A DNA stretch of 64,000 bases from Octopus sinensis. Taxonomy: Eukaryota. The stretch lies in NCBI RefSeq assembly GCF_006345805.1, contig NW_021834237.1, forward strand, positions 6,150 to 70,149, read 5' to 3'. Positions 25,983-37,829 of this stretch are shown here, one piece after another (position 1 is the stretch's first letter; every line of letters begins with the position of its first letter). Below the pieces are notes generated by a model, which saw only the letters and a list, made by a program, of their open reading frames with translations, had not been told where the DNA came from and searched no databases. The translations under genes were made by a program, and so were the position numbers.

Positions 25983-26205
25983 AAGGCGGCGAGCTGGCAG
26001 AATCGTTAGCACGCCGGTGCAAAATGTTTAGCGGCATTTTCGTCTGTCTTAAGGGCTTTGAGTTCAAATTCCGCTGAAGCTGGCTTTGCCTTTCATCCCT
26101 TGCGGGATTGATAGAATAAGCATCAGTTGAAGCCTGGGGTCGATGTAATAGACTTACCCCTCCCCTAAAATTGTTGGCCTTGTGCCAAAACTTGAAACCA
26201 ATATT
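25983..26205 (+). mobile_element. SINE family C-related, diverged, alternative 3' end
   Basis: Same head; tail ggccttgtgccaaaacttgaaacc. Confidence 0.8.
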
Positions 26206-26264
26206 CTGAAGTACGAAGCGCTTAAGGGACAGTCAGCAACACAACGCAGTAGCTGAATTCGAAC

Positions 26265-26671
26265 TCTCTCTTTTACTCTTTTACTCTTTTACTTGTTTCA
26301 GTCATTTGACTGCGGCCATGCTGGGGCACCGCCTTTAGTCGAGCAAATCGACCCCGGGACTTATTCGTTGTAAGTCCAGTACTTATTCTATCGGTCTCTT
26401 TTGCCGAACCGCTAAGTGATGGGGACGTAAACACACCAGCATCGGTTGTCAAGCAATGCTAGGGGGACAAACACAGACACACAAACATATACACACACAT
26501 ACATATACATATATACGACAGGCTTCTTTCAGTTTCCGTCTACCAAATCCACTCACAAGGCATTGGTCGGCCCGGGGCTATAGCAGAAGACACTTGCCCA
26601 AGATGCCACGCAGTGGGACTGAACCCAGAACCATGTGGTTTGTAGGCAAGCTACTTACCACACAGCCACTC
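26265..26671 (-). mobile_element. SINE family A, near full-length
   Basis: Reverse complement of the 39154 copy. Confidence 0.93.
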
Positions 26672-26852
26672 AGTTAAAAATGTACGGAGGATGAGAAAAC
26701 GAAGAAGAAAGAGAGAGAAAGATGGAGATTGTGTGTGTATGAGTGTGTGTGAAAGAGAGAAGAAGAGAGAGAAAAGAGAGAGAGAGAAGAGAGAGAGTAA
26801 CGAAAAATACGTAAATGTAGAGAGGGAAAAGGTGACAGACAAGAGAGTGATG

Positions 26853-26920
<68 letters not shown>

Positions 26921-27264
26921 TGTATGAGTCTGTGTGGATATATAAGAGGGTAAGAGGGCGAGGTAGAAATAAATCCAATACAGAGTAAAAGACACAGAGA
27001 AAAGCAGTATGAGTCATCATGTCATATTTTAAAAGTTGGTGTCATTCACATATCTTTTTCCTTTCTTCAGCTCTTACCATCACAACCACCACCACCACGT
27101 CATCATCATCATCATCATCAACAACAACATGACCGGTGACATAACTGTTGTCTTATTTCCAACATTACACTCATACACATGCACATACTAAGCACACACA
27201 CACAAGTATATATATGCGTGTATGTATGTATGCATGCATGCATGTATGTATGTATGTATGCATG

Positions 27265-27296
<32 letters not shown>

Positions 27297-27712
27297 TGTA
27301 TGTATGTATGTATGTATGAAATATAGACAGAGAGAGGCACACCCACACCCGTCCTCGGCATTACAGCCACCTCAGGTTACGAAATTTTGCGCTTGCAGAA
27401 ATTGTAATGGATGACCACTAATTTCAGGATACGGTCTGTAATTTCGCGCTTACTCGGATAAATTTTCACACTTTCAAATTTACAGGTTTTTTGTGGCTAA
27501 AATGCCATTTTCGGAGTTTTATGTAAGATCAAAGTAAAGTTAATAAATTGAAAAATGATAAACATGATACATACAAACATACATACATACATACATATAT
27601 TCATACATACAGATGTGTGTATGTGTCAGTGCGTGCATGTGCATACAAGTGTTTGTGTATACGTCAATATAGGAGAACAGGGTGGAATTATTGAAAGTAA
27701 ATATTTGTTTGA

Positions 27713-27717
27713 GTCTG

Positions 27718-27780
<63 letters not shown>

Positions 27781-27791
27781 GTCTGTCTGTG

Positions 27792-27864
<73 letters not shown>

Positions 27865-27885
27865 GTCTGTCTGTCTGTCTGCCTG

Positions 27886-27938
<53 letters not shown>

Positions 27939-27982
27939 TTGTCTGTCTGCCTGTCTTTCTGTCAGTCTGTCTGTCTGTCTGT
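27713..27982. repeat. (TATC)n/(TGTC)n compound microsatellite
   Basis: Direct inspection. Confidence 0.95.
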
Positions 27983-28414
27983 ACACGTATAAATCAAATT
28001 CACCACCAGCAACACCATCTATCGTCAACACCAACACAACCACCAAAGCAAAGACAATTACCGCTTTTAGCACCCCTCCAACTCTTTAATTATTTATAAC
28101 GATAGCAACAGTAGTATGAACAAGTTAAGCAACTCCATCTAAAAGAAAAGGCAATAAAATGAAATAATGCGGTACGCTGGTGTATGTTGACTACTCCAGC
28201 CATCACTGTCACCACCATGACAACTACCAACCACAAAAACTATTGAATTGACAACAGTAATATTAGTATCAACATGTTAGCAATGACTGTAGCTACATAT
28301 GTTGTACGTTAACACAACTCTGCGTGAGTATGTGTTCGTGTGACTGTGAGAGTATAGTCACGATACGTATAAACATGTATACGTACATACATAATAATAG
28401 AACTAATAATAACT

Positions 28415-28576
28415 ATTTCTACTATAGGCACAAGGACTGAAATATGGTGGTCGTGGTGGGTGGGGGTAGTCGAATCGACCCCAGAGATACTTATTTTATC
28501 GACTCGGTAAAGAAGGGCGAAATACCGCTAAGTATTTCGTCCAGCGTGCTAACGATTCTGCCAGCCCGCCGCCTTA
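28415..28576 (-). mobile_element. SINE family C-related, internally deleted
   Basis: gctaacgattctgccagcccgccgcctt is the reverse complement of the head. Confidence 0.7.
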
Positions 28577-28626
28577 ATATAATAATAAAAATAAAAATAA
28601 TAATAATAATAATAATAAGGACGATA

Positions 28627-28674
<48 letters not shown>

Positions 28675-28695
28675 GATGATGATGATGATGATAAT

Positions 28696-29225
28696 GATTC
28701 AGTGCGACCATGAGATTGAGAATAGGAAGCCGGACATAGTCTTAATTGAGAAAGAAAATAAACTATGCTGGATCATAGACATAGAATGCCCAACCGACAA
28801 CAAGGTATGCGATAAGGAAGAAAGAAAAGTCGAGAGAGATGACTGGTTAGCTTGGGAATTTAAGCAGTTGTAGTCGATGAAAAGGGTAGTAGTAGTAGTA
28901 CCAATAATTGTCGGAGCCCTGGGAACAGTTAGCAAAAATCTCGAGAAGTACGTGGAACAAATAGGGGCTGCAATAAAGGGTGGAGCACTTGCAGAAAACA
29001 GCACTACTTGGAACCGCCCGAGAAGTACGTGGAACAAATAGGGGCTGTAATAAAGGGTGGAGCACTTGCAGAAAACAGCACTGCTTGGAACCGCCCGAAT
29101 ACTCCGGAAGGTGCTCGAAATATAAGAGGTATTACCTTAGTTCACTTGTAGTGAACATAGACACCGTGGTACATCCCCAGCGTTAGAAACTGTGCAAAGG
29201 TAATAATAATAATAATAATAATAAT
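28696..29225 (+). mobile_element. R4/Dong-type LINE 3' fragment in TGA/TAA microsatellite
   Basis: NRKPDIVLIEKENKLCWIIDI, VPIIVGALG, LQKTALLGTAR; internal ~79-bp tandem duplication; (TAA)n tail. Confidence 0.85.
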
Positions 29226-29281
29226 CCGTTCTACTAAAGGCATAAGGCCTGAAATTTTGGGGGATGGGATAAGTCAATTAC

Positions 29282-29570
29282 GGGCATATGACGTAGTGTT
29301 GAAGAGCGCGAGCTACTAACCCCAAAATTCCGAGTTCGATGCCAGGCTGTGACCTGAATAATAATAATAATAATAATAACAATAATTACATCGAAAAATA
29401 CCTTAGGAATGAGTTCCCAGGTTCGAAATTTCCCCAAGACACCTGATGAAGGTTAGAGGGTATATCAGCCAAAACGTTGTGTTAACAACAAACAAGATGA
29501 GGACAAATATCCGTCAAATGCAAATAATGTACATAATGTACATAATTCCGCATCTCTTATAAACAGAACT
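29282..29570 (+). mobile_element. tRNA-headed SINE-like element containing a degenerate minimal hammerhead
   Basis: A-box-like tgacgtagtgtt, B-box-like gagttcgatgcc, (AAT)n spacer, then gacac-CTGATGA-a-ggttag..tcagcc-aAAAC-GTT-gtgtt. Confidence 0.65.
29437..29483 (+). ncRNA. Minimal type I hammerhead motif, probably inactivated (G12 to A)
   Basis: Stem I gacac/gtgtt, CUGAUGA, imperfect stem II, AAAAC in place of GAAAC, palindromic AACGUU. Confidence 0.55.
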
Positions 29571-29649
29571 GGGGTTGGTGTTATCCACTTAACCCGTCTC
29601 TCGAATTTGCTAGCCTTGTGCCAAAATTATTATTATTATTATCATTATT

Positions 29650-29680
<31 letters not shown>

Positions 29681-29704
29681 TTATCATTATTATTATTATT
29701 ATTA

Positions 29705-29739
<35 letters not shown>

Positions 29740-29744
29740 GTTTT

Positions 29745-31010
29745 ACGCTAGTGTATGCTAATTTCGTCAGCAGGTATTTTATCTTGAGGTTTGGTGACAA
29801 CAAGTCTCCTCAAACCTTAAGACTTTTTTAAAAGGATTTTTGCAGAATATAGGATAGCACTTTTCTACAGGCTGACAATGCAAATTTTAATTGCAATTTC
29901 TTTCAGTCTTTTAGGTAGCATTTTGGGTGTTGTGTCAAGTGCACCTATTGCCATAGGAATAATTGTTGTCTTCGTCTTCCATAGTCTCCTCGGCTCTCTG
30001 GCAAGATCGTGGTATTTCTCATTTTGTTTCATTTCTCTGATTTCGACTCTGTTATCATAGGAAATTGTAAAATCTATCATCTTACACTGTTAGTTTATTT
30101 AATCTCTATAATCATGTCTGGTCTTCTTGCCTCAATAGTATGGTCAGTCTTTATGGTTAAGTCCCACAAGAGCTTGTAATTCCCATTTTTTTCATCACAG
30201 TTTCTGGTTCATATGCATACAACTTTTCTATTGCTCCAAAGTCACACAAATCCCAATGCACTATTTTGCCTATTGGAAGCACTCCGTCGGTTACGACGAC
30301 GAGGGTTCCGGTTGATCCGAATCAACGGAACAGCCTGCTCGTGAAATTAACGTGTAAGTGGCTGAGCACTCCGCAGACACGTGTACCCTTAACGTAGTTC
30401 TCGGGGATATTCAGCGTGACACAGAGAGTGACAAGGCCGGCCCTTTGAAATACAGGTACAACAGAAACAGGAAGTAAGAGTGAGAGAAAGTTGTGGTGAA
30501 AGAGTACAGCAGGGATCACCACCATCTCCTGCCGGAGCCTCGTGGAGCTTTTAGGTGTTTTCGCTCAATAAACACTCACAACGCCCGGTCTGGGAATCGA
30601 AACCGCGATCCTATGACCGCGAGTTCGCTGCCCTAACCACTGGGCCATTGCGCCTCCACATTTTGCCTATACAGTCATGACTGCGCTTGTAAATCTTTTG
30701 TGCTAGTATACTGCACTCACTGAAAATGTAATTTGATACTCTCGTCACCTTTTCTGCAGATCCTAAGTTTACTGTCTGACTGAATATTGCCTTGTTCTAA
30801 GGGCTTGTTCCTGAGCGGTTTTAAATAACGTTTGTGGTTCTCGTTTCAAGTTCCCGCCCGTCAACCAAAGCCATCGGGTTTCTCTTCCAGCATTTTCGTT
30901 TTTTTTTACATAAATTGGCCATGCAGTTTTATTTCTTTATTTTGTACATTCTATTTTCTTCCTTTTCTTTTTAATTTTGTGAGTGGCACAGCTGGATTTA
31001 GGTGTAGTAA
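29745..31010 (-). mobile_element. Decayed R4/Dong-type LINE 3' region, split by a family B SINE
   Basis: LHGQF, AQEQALRT, ECSILAQKIYKRSHD, ARRPD, IDFTISYD, IIPMAIGAL; abuts (ATT)n. Confidence 0.85.
30274..30659 (-). mobile_element. SINE family B, full-length, 11-bp TSD attttgcctat
   Basis: Nearly identical to the 21769 copy; TSD on both sides. Confidence 0.95.
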
Positions 31011-31029
31011 TATTGCCGTGTGGGGTTAA

Positions 31030-31505
31030 TATTTCTTACTTGTTTTTTAGTCTAGTGTTGTGAATGTGCGTAATTTTGTCGGAGAATCCATAAGTAAGAA
31101 GGTATTAGTTATAGTCAGGGGAGTGATTATTGAAAATGAATTTGTTTGTGGAAAGTTAGAAATTCGAATAGAAACATTGTTGACGACGCTATTTAAGACA
31201 GAGCTACGGTGTTTGGATACAACCTTAATATATTGGAGGCATGCATTAGTTTTTATTGTAGGAATAGTATAAAGCGGAGTTTAAGTTAAAGTAACGTCTA
31301 AAATGTTGGCTATTGTGAGGATATTTTTGAAAAGGTAGAAGGGTTATGCTTGTTAAAGAATTTACGGAGAGCTTTCCAGGTGCGTTCCAAACTCGACTTT
31401 GAATATCGAGTAGCTCTGAAAAGAGCGCCGTCCCTATAAAGACCTAGCCTAGGAAGATGTGTGCTAATTTGATATAAAAGAAAAAAGCCTACCGGTCGGT
31501 AACTT
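31030..31505 (-). mobile_element. Penelope-like element reverse transcriptase relic (Neptune-type motifs)
   Basis: LGLYRDG (cf. GLYRDDG), SLERTWKALRKFF, then frameshifted ILDVTL..YYSY..LQYIKVVSKH..VSIRISNF. Confidence 0.75.
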
Positions 31506-32054
31506 GAGCGAAACTGAAAGAAACCCATCGTATATATATATATGCGTGTGTGTCTGTGTTTGTCCCACCACATCACTTGACACCCGATGCTGGTGTTTTT
31601 TACGTTCCCGTAACTTAGCGGTTCGAAGAACCGATAGAATAAGTACTAGTCGATTTGTTCAACTATGGCTACAGTCAAATGACTGAAACAAGTGAAGGAA
31701 TGTGGCCATTCTGGAGCAACGCCTTTAGTTGAACAAATCGACTGGTACTTATTCTATCGGTTCTTCGAACCGCTAAGTTACGGGAACGTAAAACCACAGC
31801 ATCGGTTGTCAAGTGATGTGGGGGGACAAACACAGACACACACGCACATATATATACGATGGGTTTCTTTCAGTTTCGCTCAAGTCACCGACCGGTAGGC
31901 CTTTTTCTTTTATATCCAATTAGCACACATCTTCCTTTGCTAGGTCTTTATAGGGACGGCGCTCTTTTCAGAGCTACCCGATATTCAAAGTCGAGTTTGG
32001 AACGCACCTGGAAAGCTCTCCGTAAATTCTTTAACAAGCATAACCCTTCTACCT
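31333..32054. repeat. ~330-bp inverted repeat with 60-nt spacer (PLE plus SINE A fragment in each arm)
   Basis: 31333-31665 is the reverse complement of 31726-32054 with scattered mismatches. Confidence 0.95.
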
Positions 32055-32719
32055 AACATATGTAAGTATGTATGTATGTATACATATGTAAGTATGTATG
32101 TATGTATACGACTATGTTATAGAATGTGCTCTTAATTCTTTAAGAGGATAGGGTCGGATTTCTGGAAAATTTGGGTGTTAATTCTAGCAAGTCAAACGAT
32201 CATATATAGACCTTATCGCTACTGTTGGTTCGATAATCTTATATTTTTCAAAAGCGGGGATTATCAGAAACTAGAGATCGATTGATTAAATAAAATTCTT
32301 GTCATATGCAATTATATTTATTTAGATTTTAAGTTTTTTTCGGGTACTAAAATCGATTAGATCGAACATACACTAAAAAATTTACTCTTGCGCCTATTTT
32401 TGAAAATGTTATACTTTTCTCATTACTTTCTGATCTTATCTTCCTCTGCAGTTGAATTCCATTTCATCCATCAAGGATCGATAAAACATTTGTTTCATTG
32501 TTACAAATCTATATTTACTCATGAAGGAAAATAAATCGTGTTGATGTATCCAGTGTTGCACTTAGGCATAAGCTTAAGAAGCTACAGCTTAAAGCTTCAT
32601 CGTCCACAAATAGTTCAAAACAGTTGTGTACTTTACAACACAACAAAGTACTTTTTTCATAATAGAACAACAAATACATGTATGATCCACTTTTACGAAA
32701 CTGAAAACAGTACGTGAAA

Positions 32720-33200
32720 TAACTGAGTGAAATAAACATCAGGAACTGATGCCCCACCCAGGAACTGCAGGACTTGCTCAGAGGTTTTGCAAACTCTTCT
32801 AAAGCTTTTGCATTGCTGGAAACTTTTCCATATTGTCAGCAGGTGTTTCAGGGTCACAAACATTTCGCTCTTTAGCCTGTACGCTTCTTCTCAGGGGGTA
32901 CTGAGGACTGGGCCGTTTTGAGATACTTTCAGCTGCCCTGCTTATATCCTTGGTGGCTTTCTTCAGTAGTCTTCTTACAAGAAACACTGTACTGATCTAG
33001 ATGGAAAGCCGCGGCAGCCGACTTCAGTGGAGAATGAGGCAGCATGCTAGTCCTTAATAAGGGCCTCATTGACTAAGTACTGATATTTCGAATTCTTTAC
33101 CTGGTGGGAAATATCGAGTCTGTCATCCCAGGGGGTTGTAAGTTCGACCGCAATGATTGTTTTTGTATTCTTGAAGATCAGGAATAAAAGTGAAGCATTG
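32720..33200 (-). mobile_element. Hero/NeSL-like non-LTR element, endonuclease 3' relic
   Basis: IIAVELTTPWDD..KNSKYQYLV..EVGCRGF..ISRAAE motifs. Confidence 0.7.
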
Positions 33201-33799
33201 ACAAAAACAACTAACAACGCGCGTGTGCATACAAGCATATATATATATATATATATATACACGAGCAAAACGCCCCCCGTCCAATGGACGATGCTGAGTT
33301 GTCAAACATTTAAACCAAATTTTCTCAAAACAATTTGTCCGACCGTCCCATAGGCCTCCCCTTTGGGAAACACTGATACACTGATTTAACCTAAATTTGA
33401 GGCACCAGCAAAAGAAGAAATAAAGATGGACTTTTTTCTATTCCAAAGAAAAACAATTTTATTCACACAAACATGCAACCGAAGAGTTTAAAGTACCAGT
33501 AATAATAAGGCTGTTGCCTGGGAGAACACAAACATGGTTTAAACAGTAAGCTTGGCAGGAAAGAAACGTGCCTTTAAGCTGTACAAAAACAACAAAAAAT
33601 GGAAGGTGCAGTTATGTATAGGTTGACGGAAGAAAAGCAGGACAAAAACGATGCATGCAAATCGGTTGCTGGAGGCAAGTCTAGATGGCAAAGCATAAGG
33701 ATTTTTTTGCGCAAACTGCACGTACATACACACGTACACACATACACACACACACACACACACTTACACAGACACACACACACACACACACACACATTT

Positions 33800-33964
33800 A
33801 AGACGGGTTTCTTTTAGTTTCCGTCTACCAGATCTCTTCACAAGGTTTTGGTCGGCCCGAGGCTATAATAGAAGACACTTGCCCAAGGTGCCACGCAATA
33901 GAACTGAACCCAGAACCATATGGTTGGGAAGCATGCTTCTCACTACACAACCACGCCTGCGCCT
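33800..33964 (-). mobile_element. SINE family A-related head
   Basis: gtttccgtctacca..gaagacacttgcccaaggtgccacgc..cctgcgcc on +. Confidence 0.85.
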
Positions 33965-34020
33965 ATATATATATATATATAATATATATATATATATACA
34001 TATACATACATATACATACA

Positions 34021-34056
<36 letters not shown>

Positions 34057-34170
34057 TATATATAATATATATATATATTAGGGAATAAATCCAAACTTAC
34101 AGGGAAAAATGAGATTTAGGATTAAATCCAATTTTATAGTAAAATATATTATATTATATTATATTATATT

Positions 34171-34380
34171 CGCAATGGCCTAGTGGTTAGGGCAGCGGAC
34201 TTGCGGTCGGAGGATCGCGGTTTCGATTCCCAGACCGGGCGTTGTGTGTGTTTATTGAGCGAAAACACCTAAAAGCTCCACGAGGCTCCGGCAGGAGGTG
34301 GTGATCCCTGCTGTACTCTTTCACCACTCTAAAAGGCGGTGCTCCAGCATGGCCGCAGTCAAATGACTGAAACAAGTACA
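34171..34380 (+). mobile_element. Chimeric SINE: family B head joined to family A 3' tail
   Basis: B sequence to ctctttcaccactct, then aaaaggcggtgctccagcatggccgcagtcaaatgactgaaacaagta. Confidence 0.85.
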
Positions 34381-35083
34381 AAAAAAAAAACACTATTAGG
34401 CAAATCAAACAGAGAAAACATAAGCCAATACATAAAATTAATTTAAAAATATAAAAGTTAAAAATAAAAAAATTATTTAAATAATTTAAACTTATAAATT
34501 TTATATATATATACAAATATATATATGTATGTATGTATATTTTTATATTTATATATTATTTTATTAATTAGTTAATTTATTAATTAATTAATTAATTAAT
34601 TTATTTATTTTATATATCAAAAGTATTAAAAGTTTAATAAAAGATAAAGAGTAAACCACTACGATCTTTTCATGGCTGTACCAATTCGAATAACAATAAT
34701 TTAAATTCAATTAATAATTCGAGTTATGGTTACAGTCAATCTTCACGTGAATTGAAATATTTTAAAAATAATCAGAAATATTTAAACAATATTTTTAAGA
34801 TATAAATAATATAATAATTTTACTTATAATAAACTCTATTATCAAACTAGAAACTTAAAACTTAATAATTATGATTATATCAAAATCAATTATAAAGTTA
34901 AATATTAATTTTAATTTATAAGGTAGGAAACCCACCAATAATTTAATATCGGTAATAGTCTATATCTAATTACATAAATATTTAAAAAAAACAAACTATT
35001 ATATATAAATTATCAATGAAAATATATAAACTATAATAAATATTATAATTAAGATCTAAAATATCTCTATAATATATATATAT

Positions 35084-35125
<42 letters not shown>

Positions 35126-35148
35126 GATTCGTAGATATATATATATTA

Positions 35149-35471
35149 CTAGCAGTATCTCCCGGTGTTGCTTGGGTTTGTTTCGACCCTTTAGAATTGA
35201 AATTTTTTGAAGTAAAAATTTGGCATTATGCAACTTGTTATTCTCTTCAACTGAACGTTTTTCCAGTTGAAATACGCCGAAAAATAGTGACACAGCAGTC
35301 AAAAATCCGTAAAAAATAGAGATTTTCATAGAAAAAAAGCACCTTTTAAGTGACCCATTTTTGGTGGTTCTACGATTTGTTGGCTAGGAGGAGATGTGCC
35401 GGGAAGTTAAACTCTCAGACACACACACAGATGCACACACAGACACACAAGTTGAGTTTTATATATAGAGA
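35149..35471 (-). mobile_element. Non-autonomous Helitron-type element, second subfamily
   Basis: Same termini (TC...tatataaaa; hairpin; gatactgCTAG) but a different interior. Confidence 0.8.
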
Positions 35472-35673
35472 TTTATATGGGATTTAATTCATATTTAGTG
35501 ACAATTATAGTTTTCCTTTTTTTGGTAAAACATTGTAAACTGCTGTCTATTTTAATTATGTGTGTGTGTGTATAAATATATTTTTATGTCTATTTCTCTC
35601 TATATATATATACACATACACCCACACATATACATATGCATACATGTATTCAAGAATACACACATATATATAT

Positions 35674-35742
<69 letters not shown>

Positions 35743-35779
35743 ATATATATATCTATATAGATATATATATATATATATA

Positions 35780-36120
35780 TATATAAAAGTGAAGTTGTGG
35801 GAGTGTCTGTCTCCTACGATTTAGATTCCTAACTACTCCCACATTTTGCGGTGCAGTTTAACCAAAACCGGGTATCTTATAGTCGTGATTCATATCGAGC
35901 CCTTCTGGGTGTTAGCGCGCGTCTACGATGAGTCTACGACTTATTGCCATCATTTTTTTCTAAAAATGTCTACGATGAGTCTACGAATTAAAAAAAATGA
36001 CCATTACTTTTTCCATTTTTAATGCATTTTTTTGCTATTCTATAAGGGAAGTAACTCTCTAAAAATGCTTATATAGTTATTTCCCTTACAAAGCCGAGCA
36101 ACGCCGGGCGACACTGCTAG
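35780..36120 (+). mobile_element. Non-autonomous Helitron-type element
   Basis: Body matches 15867; ends ctgCTAG|T. Confidence 0.88.
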
Positions 36121-36173
36121 TATATATATATATATAGACGTAGTCTGATCAATAAGTATCCGGACTGTTGACA

Positions 36174-36625
36174 TAGCTTAAGGCGATGGCCTCATGGAGC
36201 TAATCAGCGACAGCTTTAGTCTTATATCTATAAGACTGCCCTATTAATATGGTGATAACTATTAATTTCCAGTAACGCTGCCGTAATCTCTTTTAGAGAG
36301 ACTTAGTAATTTCAATATTTCTATTATTGAAAACAAGTGGATGTATTCCACCGAAACTAGGTAAATAAAGCCTTCGAACAGAGACGATCAGTAGCGACAC
36401 CTGCAAGTCTGACTACGCTGCATTGATAAGGGGCAAAAACCCTGAAACGTCGTCTGTAGCTGTCTGACTGGCAAGGTGAAGCGGCTGACCTCCCTTGTTC
36501 GAAGGTTATAATGGACGCAGTTTGTGTGTGAAATAGCTAGCTTAAGGCGATGGCCTCATGGAGCTAATCAGCGACAGCTTTAGTCTTATATCTATAAGAC
36601 TGCCATATTAATATGGCGATAACTA

Positions 36626-36631
<6 letters not shown>
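36174..36631 (+). mobile_element. Terminally redundant retrozyme-like element (364-nt period, 94-nt direct repeat)
   Basis: 36174-36267 repeated at 36538-36631 with 2 mismatches; central hammerhead; no ORF; abuts (TA)n. Confidence 0.75.
36408..36468 (+). ncRNA. Type I hammerhead ribozyme, U3-A8 core variant
   Basis: gctgca-TTGATAA-gggg-caaaaa-ccct-GAAAC-gtc-GTC-tgtagc; stem I extends into a long rod; predicted cleavage after C36454. Confidence 0.72.
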
Positions 36632-36658
<27 letters not shown>

Positions 36659-37434
36659 ACAAAGTGGAGTTGTGGGGTACCGCACGAGTGGAATTATATA
36701 CGAAAGAAGGTTTGAAAATGCAATTTAAAAGATGTTTATTCACTTTACCGGTTTCACTCTTTGGAAAAAGATTGTCAAAAGTAACATGTGGAAGTTTGTT
36801 TGCGTTAATTATTGGTTGTTGCAAATTGCTACATTACACATATATATACAGTCTTTGGTAACAGGGACATGTTAAGGACATAAAAAAAGTTCAACAAGTT
36901 CCTTAAAATATTGGGCAAAAAAGATTACATAAATAATCGTTCTCAAGGACATACTTAAGATAGTTTCCAGAAGGAATTGATATTGGTACTGTATCTGTAT
37001 ATTCAAACATGCACAGAATATTGTTTGACACAGAGTACTATAATCCATATAAATATACAGTCTTTGGTGACAACAGTATGTTGAGAATATAAAAAAGTTT
37101 AACAAGCTCATTGAAAAAATGGGCAAAAAAGATTAAAACAAATATATTATACATCTCAGGGTAATTTCCAGGAGTAATTATTAAAAAAAGTTCAGTATAC
37201 ACATACAGAATATTATGAGTTCAAAAAGATTTACATTATTGTAGTGGTGAAGTTGTCACTAACCTGTCCGTTTTAGCAGAAATGTGGAATTGAAAAGAAT
37301 GTACCCTTTTTTTTCTTTTTTTGGCTCTCCTTCAAGCATCAATGATTTTGGGGTTAGGATGAGGTGAGTATGTGTGTCTCTGTGTGTATGTGTGTGTGCA
37401 TACATATACATGTGGTGTGAATAGATATATATAT

Positions 37435-37750
37435 ACGCTAGAGTTGAACCTAGGGACAGCTGATGAAGGGGATTTTTCCTTGTGTAGTTTGTCTTGTACT
37501 CTGTTTTTCTGTTGTAAAAAAATTGGTTTGTTCCATGCTTGTTTTTCCGTTTTCGTTTCTCATTGAGTTCTACGTCTAGTTGTGGTATCCTGTACTCATG
37601 TATATATATTTTTATATGCATGTATATATACATGTACATATATGTTTGTATGTATGCATATATTTTATTTATTACACTATTGTTTGACAGCGCCCTCGCG
37701 TCGATTCGATTCGATTCGTTCGTTTCGTTCCGTTCTTATTCTCCAAGTAC

Positions 37751-37756
<6 letters not shown>
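37435..37756 (+). mobile_element. 5'-truncated copy of the permuted-hammerhead repeat family
   Basis: Keeps linker and agggacag-CTGATGA-agggg only; 3' end ttctccaagta before (TA)n; homologous to 49030-49390 and 55951-56245. Confidence 0.8.

Positions 37757-37829
<73 letters not shown>

Noticed and set aside
34385-35095. Very AT-rich stretch considered as a mitochondrial insertion
   Set aside because: No recognisable mitochondrial gene, rRNA or tRNA motif.
36138-36173. acgtagtctgatcaataagtatccggact, resembling a mariner-type TIR
   Set aside because: No partner TIR found in the window; too short to call.
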